Shown here in pieces: positions 11,826 through 23,830 of a stretch of 64,000 nucleotides of DNA. The number at the start of each line of letters is the position of its first letter. Within the stretch, counting starts at the first letter, position 1. Location of the stretch: assembly GCF_006345805.1 (NCBI RefSeq), contig NC_042998.1, forward strand, positions 162,254,001 to 162,318,000, read 5' to 3'. This stretch comes from Octopus sinensis. Its lineage: Eukaryota. The notes beneath the pieces are model-generated. The model saw nothing but the letters and a program-made list of their open reading frames with translations. It was not told the origin of the DNA and did no database searches. The position numbers and the translations under genes are program-made.

Positions 11826-12778
11826 AATAACAGATTCTTGCATTGATGCTGTAAGTAATGTTGTTATAATGATTCATGCTGTTGTTGCTGTTATTGTAAT
11901 TCCTGTGGTTTCTCAATCTGATAATGTTGTTGTTGATGCTTGTGTAATGCATTGAGTTATACTGAGGATGGTGATGGTGATGGTGATGGTGATAATGATA
12001 GTGATAGTAGTAATAGATTTGTTGCTGTTAATAATAGTGATGATGCTGGCTCAGTGGTGGCGCTAGCAGTGGAGGCGGCGGCTGTGGTGGTGGTGGTGGC
12101 GGTGAAGTTTGAGACAGCAGTGTTGATGGGAAATGGTAATGACTTTGGCTGGTGGTCATTTCTGATGGAGCCAACTTGTGGTGATGATGACGGGAGCTGA
12201 TGATATTGGTGATGGTGATGGCGATGGCTATACTTGTGGTGGTGATGATGATGATGATGATGGCTATGGCAACTGTGATGGTGATTTTCTTGCCAGCAAT
12301 GATGATGGTAACGGTGTTGATGCTGCCGTTAGCCGTGTTGACTCTGCGTGCAGGTGTAGGAAGTGAAGAGTGGCTTGTGAAATACTATGGTTTCGCTCTA
12401 AATAGATGTGTGTTGGCCACAGTTGGTTTAATGGTTTGACAGTGATGGAGATGCTAGTTGGCCCTTGCTGACATTATTGCCAGTTTAATTGCTTGTTAAG
12501 GCCAGCAGAGACATCATTGCCTGATGCACAGTCTGTGCTTTGCATGCAGGACACCTACCCTTACAAACATGTAACCACCTCTGCTCACTGATGCTTATCA
12601 CAAACACACACACATACATACACACACACACACACACATTCATACTGAGTGTGTGTGTGTGTGTATGTGTGTTTTTGCTTATATGTATATGTGGCTGCAC
12701 AACAGCAGTAGCATCAGTAGGTAGCAGCTGTTATCTTGTGAGAGAAGGAAGAGCTGAAACAGTACTGGCAGTGAGAAC

Positions 12779-12836
<58 letters not shown>

Positions 12837-12925
12837 CAGCAGCAGCAGCAGCAGTAGCAGCAGCAGTAGCAGTAGCAGCAGCAGCAGTAGTAGAAGTAGT
12901 AATAGTAGTAGTAGTAGTAGTAGTA
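12779..12925. repeat. Compound (AGT)n/(AGC)n microsatellite
   Basis: Visible directly. Confidence 0.95.
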
Positions 12926-12939
12926 TCGGCAGTAGTGTT

Positions 12940-13610
12940 TTTGTTGTTGTTTAATCCTAAGTCAATATTAATCAAACACAGCTGTGATCAAAGACATTCA
13001 AACTGTGGCTGGACCAGTCATTTCTTTCATAGACACAGTGTATCTAGGAGTACATTACCTGATGAGTTGTTTCTTATTTCAAGATGGCTGACAGAACATG
13101 TGTATCACGAGGGAGATTTGGCTGCTGTCTCATGAATAACTACATAGAAACATCTTCACTAACTCATTTTGATTTTGTTCAACCCGAATACAATCTTGAC
13201 TGCTCAAACATATGATCAAAGCTATTTGAACCGTGAACACCATCTTTACTTATTTTTTCAGACATAGTGTAGCTAGAACTACATTATCTGAGTCTTTCTT
13301 TTTTTATATTATATAATGCACTGATATTTGGGGAGATTTTGTAACTGTTTCTATGAGATTTAATGACTGTGTGTAGACTTCATTATTGGCCTAATTGGGT
13401 CATTATTGTTGTTCTTAGTCCCAGATCAGTAATTATTAAACCAACCCTTAATTAGAGGTATTCCGACAATTACTATCACATCTTTTATCCAACTGGCATA
13501 TCCAAAATCTATTCATCGCCCAGTATGTCCTCTCTTAACTCAAGACAGTAAGGTGTGATTTCAGTAAGATTTAGCAAGCTGAGTGATCAATCAACCATAA
13601 AGGCTTCCAC
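12940..13610 (-). mobile_element. Three tandem, diverged copies of repeat family E
   Basis: Repeated blocks ttgttg..(t)aa(c/t)cc..tgatcaaag..att..acatta..gggagatttg(g)ctgctgt starting at about 12940, 13170 and 13405. Confidence 0.55.
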
Positions 13611-13657
13611 TGTTGTTTGTTGTGGTAGAAGAATAAATCTGTGGGGCAAAAGGGTAA

Positions 13658-13990
13658 AGACCCCTTTTGGTCATGAATGACCATGGGATTTCACCTAGAA
13701 AGCTACCCTCCAAGGTACAAGTCTGGGCAAGGTTGTTTATGGAAGACCAGCAGTCACCCTCTCAACACCACCGATGTTGTCCAAGGGAAAGGCATAGTCT
13801 GATACAGCTTGGCACCAGTGACATTGCGACTCATTTCTACAGCTGAGTGAACTGGAGCAACATGAAATAAAGCGCCTTACAACACAGCCCAGCACAGCAC
13901 AGCACAACACAACACAGCACAACACAACACAGCACAACACAACACAGCACAACACAACACAGCCCAGTTTGGGAATCGAACTCATAATTG
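13658..13990 (-). mobile_element. SINE family D (tail Y) with an internal (ACAGC/ACAAC)n expansion
   Basis: Colinear with 2772-3109; pentamer array at about 13878-13962. Confidence 0.85.
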
Positions 13991-14235
13991 TGAGGTACAT
14001 TACTACTTAAGGCAAAACTTCTGAGCTTACTGCTTAATTGCTAATTTACTTTGTTGATTGGTGGTACCATAGTAACCTTAAGGCTAATAATTAAGTATCT
14101 TACACACTGTTGGTTGTGATGATGTTGGTCAATCTGTGGAGAATGGAAACAGCTTAAGGTTAATAGTTAGTCTTATTGTATAGAGTTAACTGCTGTTAGT
14201 ACTAAATGGTAAATCTGTGGGGTACTATAGCAACT

Positions 14236-14437
14236 TTAACCTTTATAAAATCAACCTGCCCAAAGTGGCCTTAGTTCTGAATTGCAAACTGATCTAAATT
14301 AAAATCTTCCATCAAAATTTTATGCTAATTTATGTTCCAAACACCAGCAAAGTTGTTTGACTAAATTTTTCATTATTTTGAAAATTAATGAAGCAAAAGT
14401 ACTGTATTTCGACAGAAATATAGTAACAAAAGTGTAA
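14236..14437 (-). mobile_element. piggyBac-type MITE (same family as 31877-32094, opposite orientation)
   Basis: aaaatcttccatcaaaattt..aatttatgttccaaacaccagc is the reverse complement of the family core. Confidence 0.6.
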
Positions 14438-15003
14438 GGCAAAAAGCTAAATCTAACTGCTAGAGGCTTCAGGTGGTGATAGTAGAGGTGGTACTGCTAA
14501 ATTTGTGAGGTACTATAGTAACTTAAGGCAAATAGCTGAGTCTCAGTTCAAAGAAGTTGCTGTTGTTGGTAGTGTCAGTATTGGTAAATCTGTGGGATAC
14601 TGGTTGTGGGTCAGCGAACATTGTTGGAAGGGAGCATTTATCCTTGGATGTGTGGGTTTTTACTTGGCTTAAGGTAACTTTCCTATGCTACGATGTTACT
14701 TGCACATTTCTTTTGCAGTCATACTGTCATTTTCTCTGCCAGTTTTCTCATATTTGATTCTCTAAAACCTTTACTGCCTTTAAATTTGTCCTTGCAATGT
14801 CACTTTATCAGTCATTTTTCTGGAAATGATTATTTCTGTTATATGCACAAGGCCTGAAAATGTGGGGAGGGGGTTAATTGACTCCATCAGCTCTGGTGCC
14901 CTACTGGTATATATTTCATTGACCCTAAAAGGATAAAAGGTAAAGTCAATATCAGTGGGATTTCATTCAGGAAATAATAAAGAATTATTGCTGTTGTTAA
15001 CAC

Positions 15004-15117
15004 TATCATCATCATCATCATCGTCATCGTCATCGTCGTCGTCGTCGTCGTCGTCATCATCATCATCATCATCATCATCATAATCATCATCATCATAATT
15101 ATTATTATTATTATAAT
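15004..15117. repeat. (ATC)/(GTC)/(ATT) compound microsatellite
   Basis: Visible directly. Confidence 0.95.
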
Positions 15118-16094
15118 GCAAAGTGACAATCCACAAGTTATTGATATGAAAGCAGGTCACCAATAGATCTGGCTATATACAACAGCTTAATGTTTGGCTG
15201 TAATGGAAGGAATATTATCCAGAGAGTATTTTGACACTTGATGCATGTATAGGTGAGAAGTTTTGGTAGTCTACAAGGAAATAAATTTGGAGGGGAATCG
15301 CGAAAGCTTCAAGTTGGATGTGTGTGTGTGCATGTGTACAGATGCACATATATGTTATTCACATCCAATATTCTGCAAAATCATATCTGGCCTTGGAAAC
15401 TTGGAAACAGCTGAGGGTTGGTGACAGGAAGGACATCTGAGCATAGAAAATCTGCCTCAATAGATGCAAGTGTGGAAAATTGGATGTTAAAACACTGTTG
15501 ATAATTAGTATAGTGGCTGAATGCAGAGCCATCTTAGAAGCATTACAAGTTGAACAAACCAATGTACTGGACCCTATAGTATATATTTATTGATAGTTAG
15601 CCACAAATATAGATAGAGCAGAAGTAGGACTCCTAGAGCCATGAGGCCCTTGGGCAGCTGCCCTGTGTGCCCATGGCTTCAGATGGTCCTGGCTAAATGT
15701 GCCAAATATGTATTTATATTCTTGATTTAATCTTAAGCTGAACAAAGAACTTGGTATTTGAATTACAGGGGTTGTCCACCTGAAAGAGCTTTGACACAGT
15801 TTCTGTTGATCAAATTTCCTTCACAGAGCTTTGGTTGATACGAGGATATGGCAGAAAGCATTTGACCTAGTTACTGCCTATTTGGATTGAACTTGGAAAA
15901 TCAAGATTGTAAAGCAAACTTCTTATTCAATCGGCATACCTGTTCCATATAAACTAGCATGCACATTGGCATGTACATACATATGCAAATGTAGATATCC
16001 ACATTCAAAATAATGTCTTTGAACATCTACACCCACATGCTCATGTAAGCCTAATATACTCACATACAACTACTTAAGCACTCACAAACACTGG

Positions 16095-16130
<36 letters not shown>

Positions 16131-16147
16131 TTATCCATATATATTTT

Positions 16148-16374
16148 TCTTTTATTGTTTTATTTGTTTCAGTCATTTGACTGTTGCTAGGCTGGAGCAC
16201 CACCTTTAGTCGAACAAATCGACCCCAGGACTTATTCTGTGTAAGCCTAGTACTTATTCTGTCAGTCACTTTTGTTGAACCGCTAAGTTATAGGGACATA
16301 AACACACAAACATCCTTTGTCAAGTGATGGTGGGGGGACAAACACAGACACAAAAACATATACACATATATATG

Positions 16375-16427
<53 letters not shown>

Positions 16428-16603
16428 ACACACACACACACACATATATATACGACAGGCTTCTTTCAGTTTCTGCCTACCAAATCTACTCACAAGGCTT
16501 TGGTTGACTGAGGCTATAGTAGAAGACACTTGCCCAAGGTGCCACACAGTGGGACTGAACCTGGAACCATGTGGTTGATAAGCAAGCTACTTATCACACA
16601 GCT
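16148..16603 (-). mobile_element. SINE family A copy
   Basis: Colinear with the consensus-like copies; internal TA/CA tract. Confidence 0.9.
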
Positions 16604-16918
16604 ATATCTATGTGTGTGTGTGTATGTATAAGTGCACATATATATGTATATATGTATATCTATCTATCTATACACATACACTCACAAATATGTGTGTGTA
16701 TGGGTGCATGCGAGTGTGTTGTGTGAATGTATATTGTCTGTGAATGTGTGGGAAGGATGCCTTATCTTACACATACAGATCATTCACAAAACACTCTCAC
16801 ATTCACACAATATACTGCCACCCTTACACTCACTCATCCACCCATTCTATCACACACATAAGAACAACTTTAAACAATGAGAAAATATTCTATAATGAGA
16901 AAACACTTTCCTTCCTAG

Positions 16919-16970
16919 TCTTACATAATGAAGAATTTATTTCCAATATGCTATCGACTCATGGATGCTG
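16919..16970 (+). CDS. Putative exon of an unidentified gene (SYIMKNLFPICYRLMDA)
   Basis: ctttccttcctag| ... gctg|gtatgt; 52 nt; joins in phase 1 with the next exon across an 87-nt T-rich intron. Confidence 0.4.
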
Positions 16971-17057
16971 GTATGTGGATTATGTATTTATTTATTCAGT
17001 CATTCATTTTTATTCCTTTTATCATATATTTATGTATTTATTATTATTCTTTTGCAG

Positions 17058-17146
17058 CACGATATCCAGAAATCATTGATGGATACACTGTGCCAGATTC
17101 TTCATTGTTTCATAACAAAAATAATTCCTCATTTTACAATGGCTAA
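17058..17146 (+). CDS. Putative last coding exon (ARYPEIIDGYTVPDSSLFHNKNNSSFYNG*)
   Basis: ttattcttttgcag| acceptor; G|CA restores Ala in frame; TAA at 17144-17146; protein-like composition, family not recognised. Confidence 0.4.
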
Positions 17147-17494
17147 AGGGTTAAGTTGCTTGACTAATGACCCAAAAGTTGGGAAAAATCATTCTCGCCC
17201 TCCCCCATCACTAGTACTATATTGTTATTTTTTTGTATTTGTTTCTTTTTTTTATGCTTTGTGAAGGTAAGTCAGTTACTCAATTTACCTTAGGTCATTT
17301 CTCTGGAAAAAAATAGGTGAGACAGACATGTGAATGAAGATTTTTTTTTTATTTTATATCTTTTATTTATTTATATATTTATTTATTTTTCTGGGAAAGA
17401 TATCTATAAAAAAAAATTAAAGCAATCAACTTTTCATGCTGAAACAAGACTATTTTCTCTCTCTCTCGCTCTCCACTCTCTATCTAGCTATCTT

Positions 17495-17728
<234 letters not shown>

Positions 17729-18636
17729 ATATATACGTATGTGTTGGTGTGCATGTAATTTACGCTGTATTAGAGAAAAACAGATGGAGAAATATCAGTG
17801 TTCAAGGATCATTCCCAGATTGTTGGCACAAAACACAAAAATGAAATGACTGCATTTGATAATGTATTCAAGTTAGACAAACTAAATACCAGTTTAAATT
17901 TTAGTGTTAATTAAATTGGAATGAGAAAGCTGGTAAGGATATCTTCATTTATTTTTCACTACCAAGAATTTTAGAACCACCCAAAACATACAAATATGTA
18001 GAAACAGATATATAAGTATATAGAATCACATTTCTTTTTTCATCTAGTTTCAGCTCACGAGCTGTGGCCATGCTGGGGCATTGCCATTTGTATAAAAAAA
18101 ATATTAATGAATGCTCTGTAGCATTTATTAATAAAACTCTAAAGCTAACAATTACTTCTCATTCCAAGGTATTGATTAGTGTACATTTGTTTACAGAGAA
18201 CACAAAGAAATACAAGGACTGCTATTTGATGGGTCATTAGGCTAATGGAATGGAAGCTAAAATATTAAATGTGTTTCCAACTTGGTGGCTTGTCAACTAA
18301 ACTGTCTTTCTCATGCTGAAACTTACTCCTCGAAGCTCTAGTCCATGTGACTGTATAAGGAGACACTTGATGATGTTTAGCCTTAGATATTCAGTAGTTA
18401 GGTTGACTTAGTATCAAAAGACTGACGAACTGTGATTAACTTGCCTGTGCTTTTAATCAACGACTATATTGTCTGATAAATTACAGCATGTAGTTTTGGA
18501 CAATAACAAAATATTTTTTTCTTTCTTTAACCCTTTTGTTACCTTAATTCTACTAAGATACACTTCATTTGTTTCAGTCAGTTTTTGAATATAACAAAAA
18601 ATTGAGTAAAATAACTGTCTTAATTATGAGAGTATA

Positions 18637-19225
18637 AGGTGGCGAGCTGGCAGAATCATTAGCACACTGGGTGAAATGCTTAATGGTATTTCGTCTGTCT
18701 TTACATTCTGAGTTCAAATTCTTGCCTTTCATCCTTTTTGGGTCGATAAGTTAAGTACCAGCTGCATACTGAGGCCGATCTAATCAACTGCCCCCCTCCC
18801 CCCAAAATTTTGGGCCTTGTGCCTAGAGTAGAAAAGAATCATTAGCATTCTGAATTTTACATTCTGAATTTTACTTTGTCTTCCATCCTTTTGGAGTTGA
18901 TAAAATAAATACCAGTTGAATGCTGGGTCGATGTGATCAACTTGCCCCTACCCGAAAATTACTGGCCTTGTGCCAAAATTTAAAACCATTTTTAAGACAG
19001 TGTTTATAAGGCAGTGAGCTGGCAGAATTGTTAACATGCCTGGCAAAATGCTTAGCAGTATTTTGTCTGTCTTCACATTCTGAGTTCAAAATCTACTGAA
19101 GTTGACTTTGCCTTTCATCCTTTCAGGGTCGATAAAGTAAGTTCCACTTAAATACTGGGGGTCAATGTAATCGACTGTCCCCTTCCCCAAACATTTCAGG
19201 TCTTCTATCTATAGTAGAAAGGATT
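18637..19225 (+). mobile_element. Three head-to-tail SINE B copies
   Basis: Heads ggtggcgagctggcagaatc (18637) and ggcagtgagctggcagaatt (19010); tails 1, 2, 1. Confidence 0.85.
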
Positions 19226-19314
19226 AACAAGATGATGTTTGGAACATAAATTAGCATGAAATTTCAATGGAAGGTTTTAATGTAGATTTCTTTTAAACAT
19301 ATATATATATATCA

Positions 19315-19707
19315 TCATTATCATCATCATCATCATCATTGTTTAACGTCCGTTTTCCATGCTAGCATAGGTTGGACGATTTGACTGAGGACTGGTGAAC
19401 TAGATTGCTGCACCAGGCTCCAATCTGATCTGGTAGAGTTTCTACAGCTGGATGCCCTTCCTAACGCCAACCACTCAGAGAGTGTAGTGAATGCTTTTAC
19501 ATGCCACTGGCACGAGGGCCAGTCAGGCAGTACTGGCAACGACCATGCTCAAATGGTGTTTTTTACATGCCACCTGCACAGGAGCCCGTCCAGCGGCACT
19601 GGCAATGATCTCGCTTGAATGTTTTTTCATGTACCACCGGCACAAGTGCCAGCAAGGTGCTCTGGTAATGATCACGCTCGAATGGTGCTTTTTATGTGCC
19701 ACCAGCA
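19315..19707 (-). mobile_element. RTE 3' UTR copy with about 4 hairpin units and (TGA)n tail
   Basis: ggcgttaggaagggcatccagctgtagaaac...ggaaaacggacgttaaacaatgatgatg. Confidence 0.8.
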
Positions 19708-19747
19708 TATATGTATGTGTGTGTGTGTCTATGTATATATATACATA

Positions 19748-20070
19748 TAGGTGCAGGCATAGTTATGTGGTAAGAAGCTTGCTTCCCAACAACATGGTCC
19801 TGTGCTTGGTCCCACTGTGTGACACCTTGGGCAAGTGTCTTCTACGATAACCTTGGGCTGACCAAAGCCTTGTGAATGGATTTGGTTCATGGAAACTGAA
19901 AGAAACCCATTGTATATATATTTATATGCTTATATTTGTGTGTTTGTCCGTCCAATGCTGGTGTGTTTACATCCTTGTAACTTAGTGGTCTCTTGTAACT
20001 TATCGGTCTCTTTTGCTGAACCAAAAGGAACCAACAGAATAAGTACCAGGCTTACAAAGAATAAGTTCCA
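19748..20070 (+). mobile_element. SINE family A copy (3' truncated)
   Basis: gtggtaagaagcttgcttcccaac...accttgggcaagtgtcttc. Confidence 0.8.
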
Positions 20071-20174
20071 GGGGCAGTTCCAGACTGGTTGGTGTCAAAA
20101 GGGTTAAAACATTAAACTGTTTATTGAAGGAGATATTAATATTTCTAGCAGGATGAGTAAAGAAAATCCCTCAT

Positions 20175-20400
20175 TGGTTTGATAAGAATGAAGCATAGCT
20201 TTCTTCAGTAAACAGATGAGCCATACCTTATTTCAGTAAACAGGGATGTGGTATAGATTTTTTTCTGTAAGCAATGACGAGGTACAGGAATGAGGCATAC
20301 CATGTTTCTGTAAACAATGATGAAGTATAAGTTGTTAGCATAAACAATAAAGTGGTAGAGTTTGCTTCTGTAAATAGGAATGAAGATGAATGAAGAAATA
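20175..20400. repeat. Degenerate minisatellite of about 28-30 bp
   Basis: Recurrent (aatgag)gcata..ttcwgtaaaca unit. Confidence 0.5.
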
Positions 20401-21264
20401 GGATCGTTTCCTTGAACAATTCATTTGTTGTGTGGTCTCATCTTGTTGAGACAAATCTTCACATCTGGTCATGTTTCCAGGAGACAATAAAAACTAAATA
20501 TACCTATTCTGTTTATAGCACTGAGTTCTTTTCTTTTGTAGATTCTGTGATCACCCAACCGAAATAAGTGTGCGTGTGTATATGTGTGTGTTCATATATG
20601 TGCATCCATGCACACATACACACTCAAGGAAATACAAGGTTTGTATGTTGAAGGAACATTCTCAGGTTACTAACAAAAATACATTACTGTATTTGATAAT
20701 GTCTACCAATCAGGTAATGGTTCACTGTCTCCATCATCCACAATGTCTTTCTCTGTTAACACTTGATACTCAGGGTCATCCTCTGCATCCTCTATTCATC
20801 TTTTAATGCTATCCTCTGTTTTTACTAAGCACTGACTACATTGGTAGGCAGTCTTTAGTGTCTTCTATAAAGTTACTAAACTGAATTTAATAAGCATTAT
20901 GTTACAGTTCTTGACATTGTATGTCCTTCACCCTTAATGTCTTAACTAATATTGTCTTCTTCCACCATGAGAACTTTATCCAAATTACTTCATTGGCCTG
21001 GTTACAATTCTACAATGGTCCGATGATTGGTTCATGGTGGTAACACTCAGTGCCAAAAAGATGCACCTTAGGGTGCAAATTGGTAGGGTTGTCAGAATGT
21101 TGGACACAATACCTTGTGGCATTTATCCAATCAATTTTTGGTGAAACACAAATGTAAATTAACACCCCACACACTTACCATTGGAGATCAACTCAGCCCT
21201 GCAGTTCACCAGATCCTGTTAAACCATCCAACCTATGCTGGCATGGGTTGGATGGTTTAAATAA

Positions 21265-21975
21265 TGATGATGATTGCCCCTCCCTCCTCCTTCTTGCCAC
21301 CCAACTCTCCCCTCTTGTCCCAACTCCTTCTTCTCTTCACTCCTGCTTCACTCCTACTTCACTCCTATATCTCTTCATTGCTACTTCTCTTCACCCCTAC
21401 TGTCTTTCCCTCTTCTCTCTTACTCTCTTTCTCTCTTCTCCTCTCCTCTCTCTTCTCTCCTCCTCTCTCTCCTCACATAGTTGCTTATGATGAACCCTAT
21501 ACCACCTGTTGTTCTCATACCTTCCCTATCCTTCCCACCTCACCCTATCCCCAACCCCTACCCCACATACCTTACCCCTACCCCACATACCTCACCCCTA
21601 CCCCACATACCTCACCTCTACCCCACATACCTCACCTCTAACCCCACCCTCTGCCTACCCACAACACCCACTCTACCCCAACCCCCAGCCGAACCCACAC
21701 CCCACCTGTGCTTCCCCCACTCTCGCCTCCCCCACCTCCCCACAACATCACACCACCCTACACACACCCTACAACATCAGACGCCTCGCCCACCTCCCCA
21801 CAACATCACACTACACCACACTACACTACACCATACAACATTACACATCACATTACAACACACCACCCACACACCCATCCCCACATCTTCACACCCACAC
21901 ATACATACACACACACGTCCAAACCACCAGCCCTCTTTCACACGCACATACATACTCTCTTATACACACACGCAC
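21265..21975. repeat. CT-rich then CA-rich low-complexity tract including a 20-bp tandem (ccccacatacctcaccccta)
   Basis: Visible directly; source of the P/H/T-rich pseudo-ORFs. Confidence 0.85.
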
Positions 21976-22265
21976 CTTTGTGTTGGGGGCTCCTTTGTGT
22001 TGGCGGTCATCTTGACCTTGTTATCTCCCCTACTTTCCCCTTCCCGTCTGACCATTCTGTCCGAGTCAGACGCCATGATAGATCGTTAGCCACTACACAC
22101 ATTTTTTTCTCTCCTTGCTTTTTTTGTGTACCTTTCTGTAGAAGAGCATAGGCTCGAAACGTAAAAGACTTTTTCTATTCCTGAGGGCTATACTAATATA
22201 TCTGTTTGTTTGTACACCACCTGCCTTCGTCTTTTGTTTATTTCCGTAAACTTTCCCTTTATATA
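21975..22265 (+). mobile_element. Penelope-like terminal repeat remnant with a hammerhead-like motif at 22132-22167
   Basis: cttt-CTGtaGA-a-gagc(atag)gctc-GAAA-cgta-aaag followed by a T-rich end into (TA)n. Confidence 0.45.
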
Positions 22266-22399
22266 TACCAGACTATCAAATGCTGTTATTCTTGCTGGTT
22301 ACAATATACTACCAGTTGTGCCAATCTTTTTCATCTTGACCCAACCTGTTTAACTAAATTGTCTTCCCATTATTGTGGAAGCCTTCTGAGTGACCTTGT

Positions 22400-22885
22400 C
22401 CAATCTCTTGGAGACCGCTCAGCAACTAATGGAAGAGAAAAAGATAAAATATAATGTGCTAGGGCTTTGTGAAACATACTAAAGGAAATAAATAAATGCA
22501 AGATAGTCAGATGCAAGTGTCATTAGACTGGGAAAAGCAGAAGGTATGAGAACAACAGGTGGTATAGGGTTCGTCAGAAGCAAAAGATGGGCTTTAAAAA
22601 TTGCTTCCTGTCAATTGTCTTCTTCATGCCTCTGAGTGCTAAATGCTCACCTTTCAGGAAATGCCAACTTGAAGATCATCTAGATCTATGCTCCCAAAAA
22701 AGAGCTTAGAGGAAGCACTAATCCACAAATCCAAATACACCATAGTGATGGGGGATTTCAGCCCACTGGTTGGGAAAGGACAGCAGGAAGAGAAACATGT
22801 TAATAGGTTTGGATTGGGAGAGAGACATGAATGAGGAGAATATTTGGTTGATATGACAGGAGCAAGAAGATTGTATTTTGGTTTC
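22400..22885 (+). pseudogene. Decayed AP-endonuclease domain of an RTE-like LINE
   Basis: KIKYNVLGLCET...GGIGFV...LKII*IYAP...YTIVMGDFS.LVG...RFGLGERHE*GEYLV matches the APE motifs (LxLxET, GVGF, YAP, GDFN). Confidence 0.85.
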
Positions 22886-23382
22886 ATATATGTGCTGTAG
22901 AAAATTTTTTCAATAAAACTTTTTGGATATGAATAAACCTCCACTCTCCTCTTGATATTCAATTATATATTGTTGCTATTATATTAAACTGTTGTATGTC
23001 CAAATTTGACCAAATGCATTTTTTTCAATATTTAATTTTGCTTGCAATAGCCAGTTCTTTTGGACAAACTATCGAATCTCCAGCTGCTTCAGATGCCAAG
23101 CTATGGACATTGTCAAAGTGTAGTACAATGGTTTAGCATTCTCCAAAAGTGTAGAATGACAGTTTTGCAAAAATATTTCTGATTGAAAATATCATATATG
23201 TATGGAATTACGATTTTATGCACCCAACAAAGTACTATTGTTCAGCTGAAACTGTTGCTAATGTAAAAAGATATGGAATGGTGGAACTATTTTTTTGTTT
23301 TCTGAAAAAGCAACATTTTGGACTTAACACACTGTTGTATAATAGCAATGATATATATATGTATGCATATCTATCTCTCTCA

Positions 23383-23443
<61 letters not shown>

Positions 23444-23458
23444 ATATTATATATATAT

Positions 23459-23830
23459 ATATTGTATAAAGAATCATGGGTAAGGCCAGAACGATGCAGA
23501 GTAAAAGCAAGGCAAATCACACAAAAACAAATGTATGAATTAATGTAGACTTGCCTTGCATTCAATATTTTGGGGGTTAGAAACCCGTCTTCAAGAGATT
23601 AATGAATGTTGCAGGATGTGCATATTGTGAGTGTATGTGGAGTGGACATGCACACATTTACATACACATGCATATCAGCAACATTCGTTAATTTCTTGAG
23701 GATGGGGTCATAACCCCGAAATATTGCATGCAAGGTAAGTCTACATTAATTCATATATTTGTTTTCTTGTGATTTACCTTGCTTTTATTTCACATTGTTC
23801 TAACCTTACCCACGATCTTTTACACAATAT
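23459..23830. repeat. Long imperfect inverted repeat (arms about 170 bp) between TA tracts
   Basis: About 23459-23639 is the reverse complement of about 23653-23830, e.g. atgaattaatgtagacttgccttgcat / atgcaaggtaagtctacattaattcat. Confidence 0.9.

Larger units (their letters stand above)
18528..20107 (+). mobile_element. piggyBac-type MITE expanded by nested SINE B x3, an RTE tail and a SINE A
   Basis: ttaacccttttgttacc start, gtttggaacataa middle (about 19237-19250) and ggtgtcaaaagggttaa end match the uninterrupted copy at 31877-32094. Confidence 0.7.

Noticed and set aside
11960-12480. Open minus-strand frames rich in S/P/T/H
   Set aside because: Largely degenerate GAT/GGT repeats, with no start codon, weak splice signals and no recognisable domain.
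17289-17302. 14-nt minus-strand segment between tttttttccag and gtaaat
   Set aside because: Not frame-preserving; chance splice-like signals are common in AT-rich DNA.
21481-22151. P/H/T-rich ORFs open in three frames
   Set aside because: The C/A-rich low-complexity tract lacks stop codons by composition.
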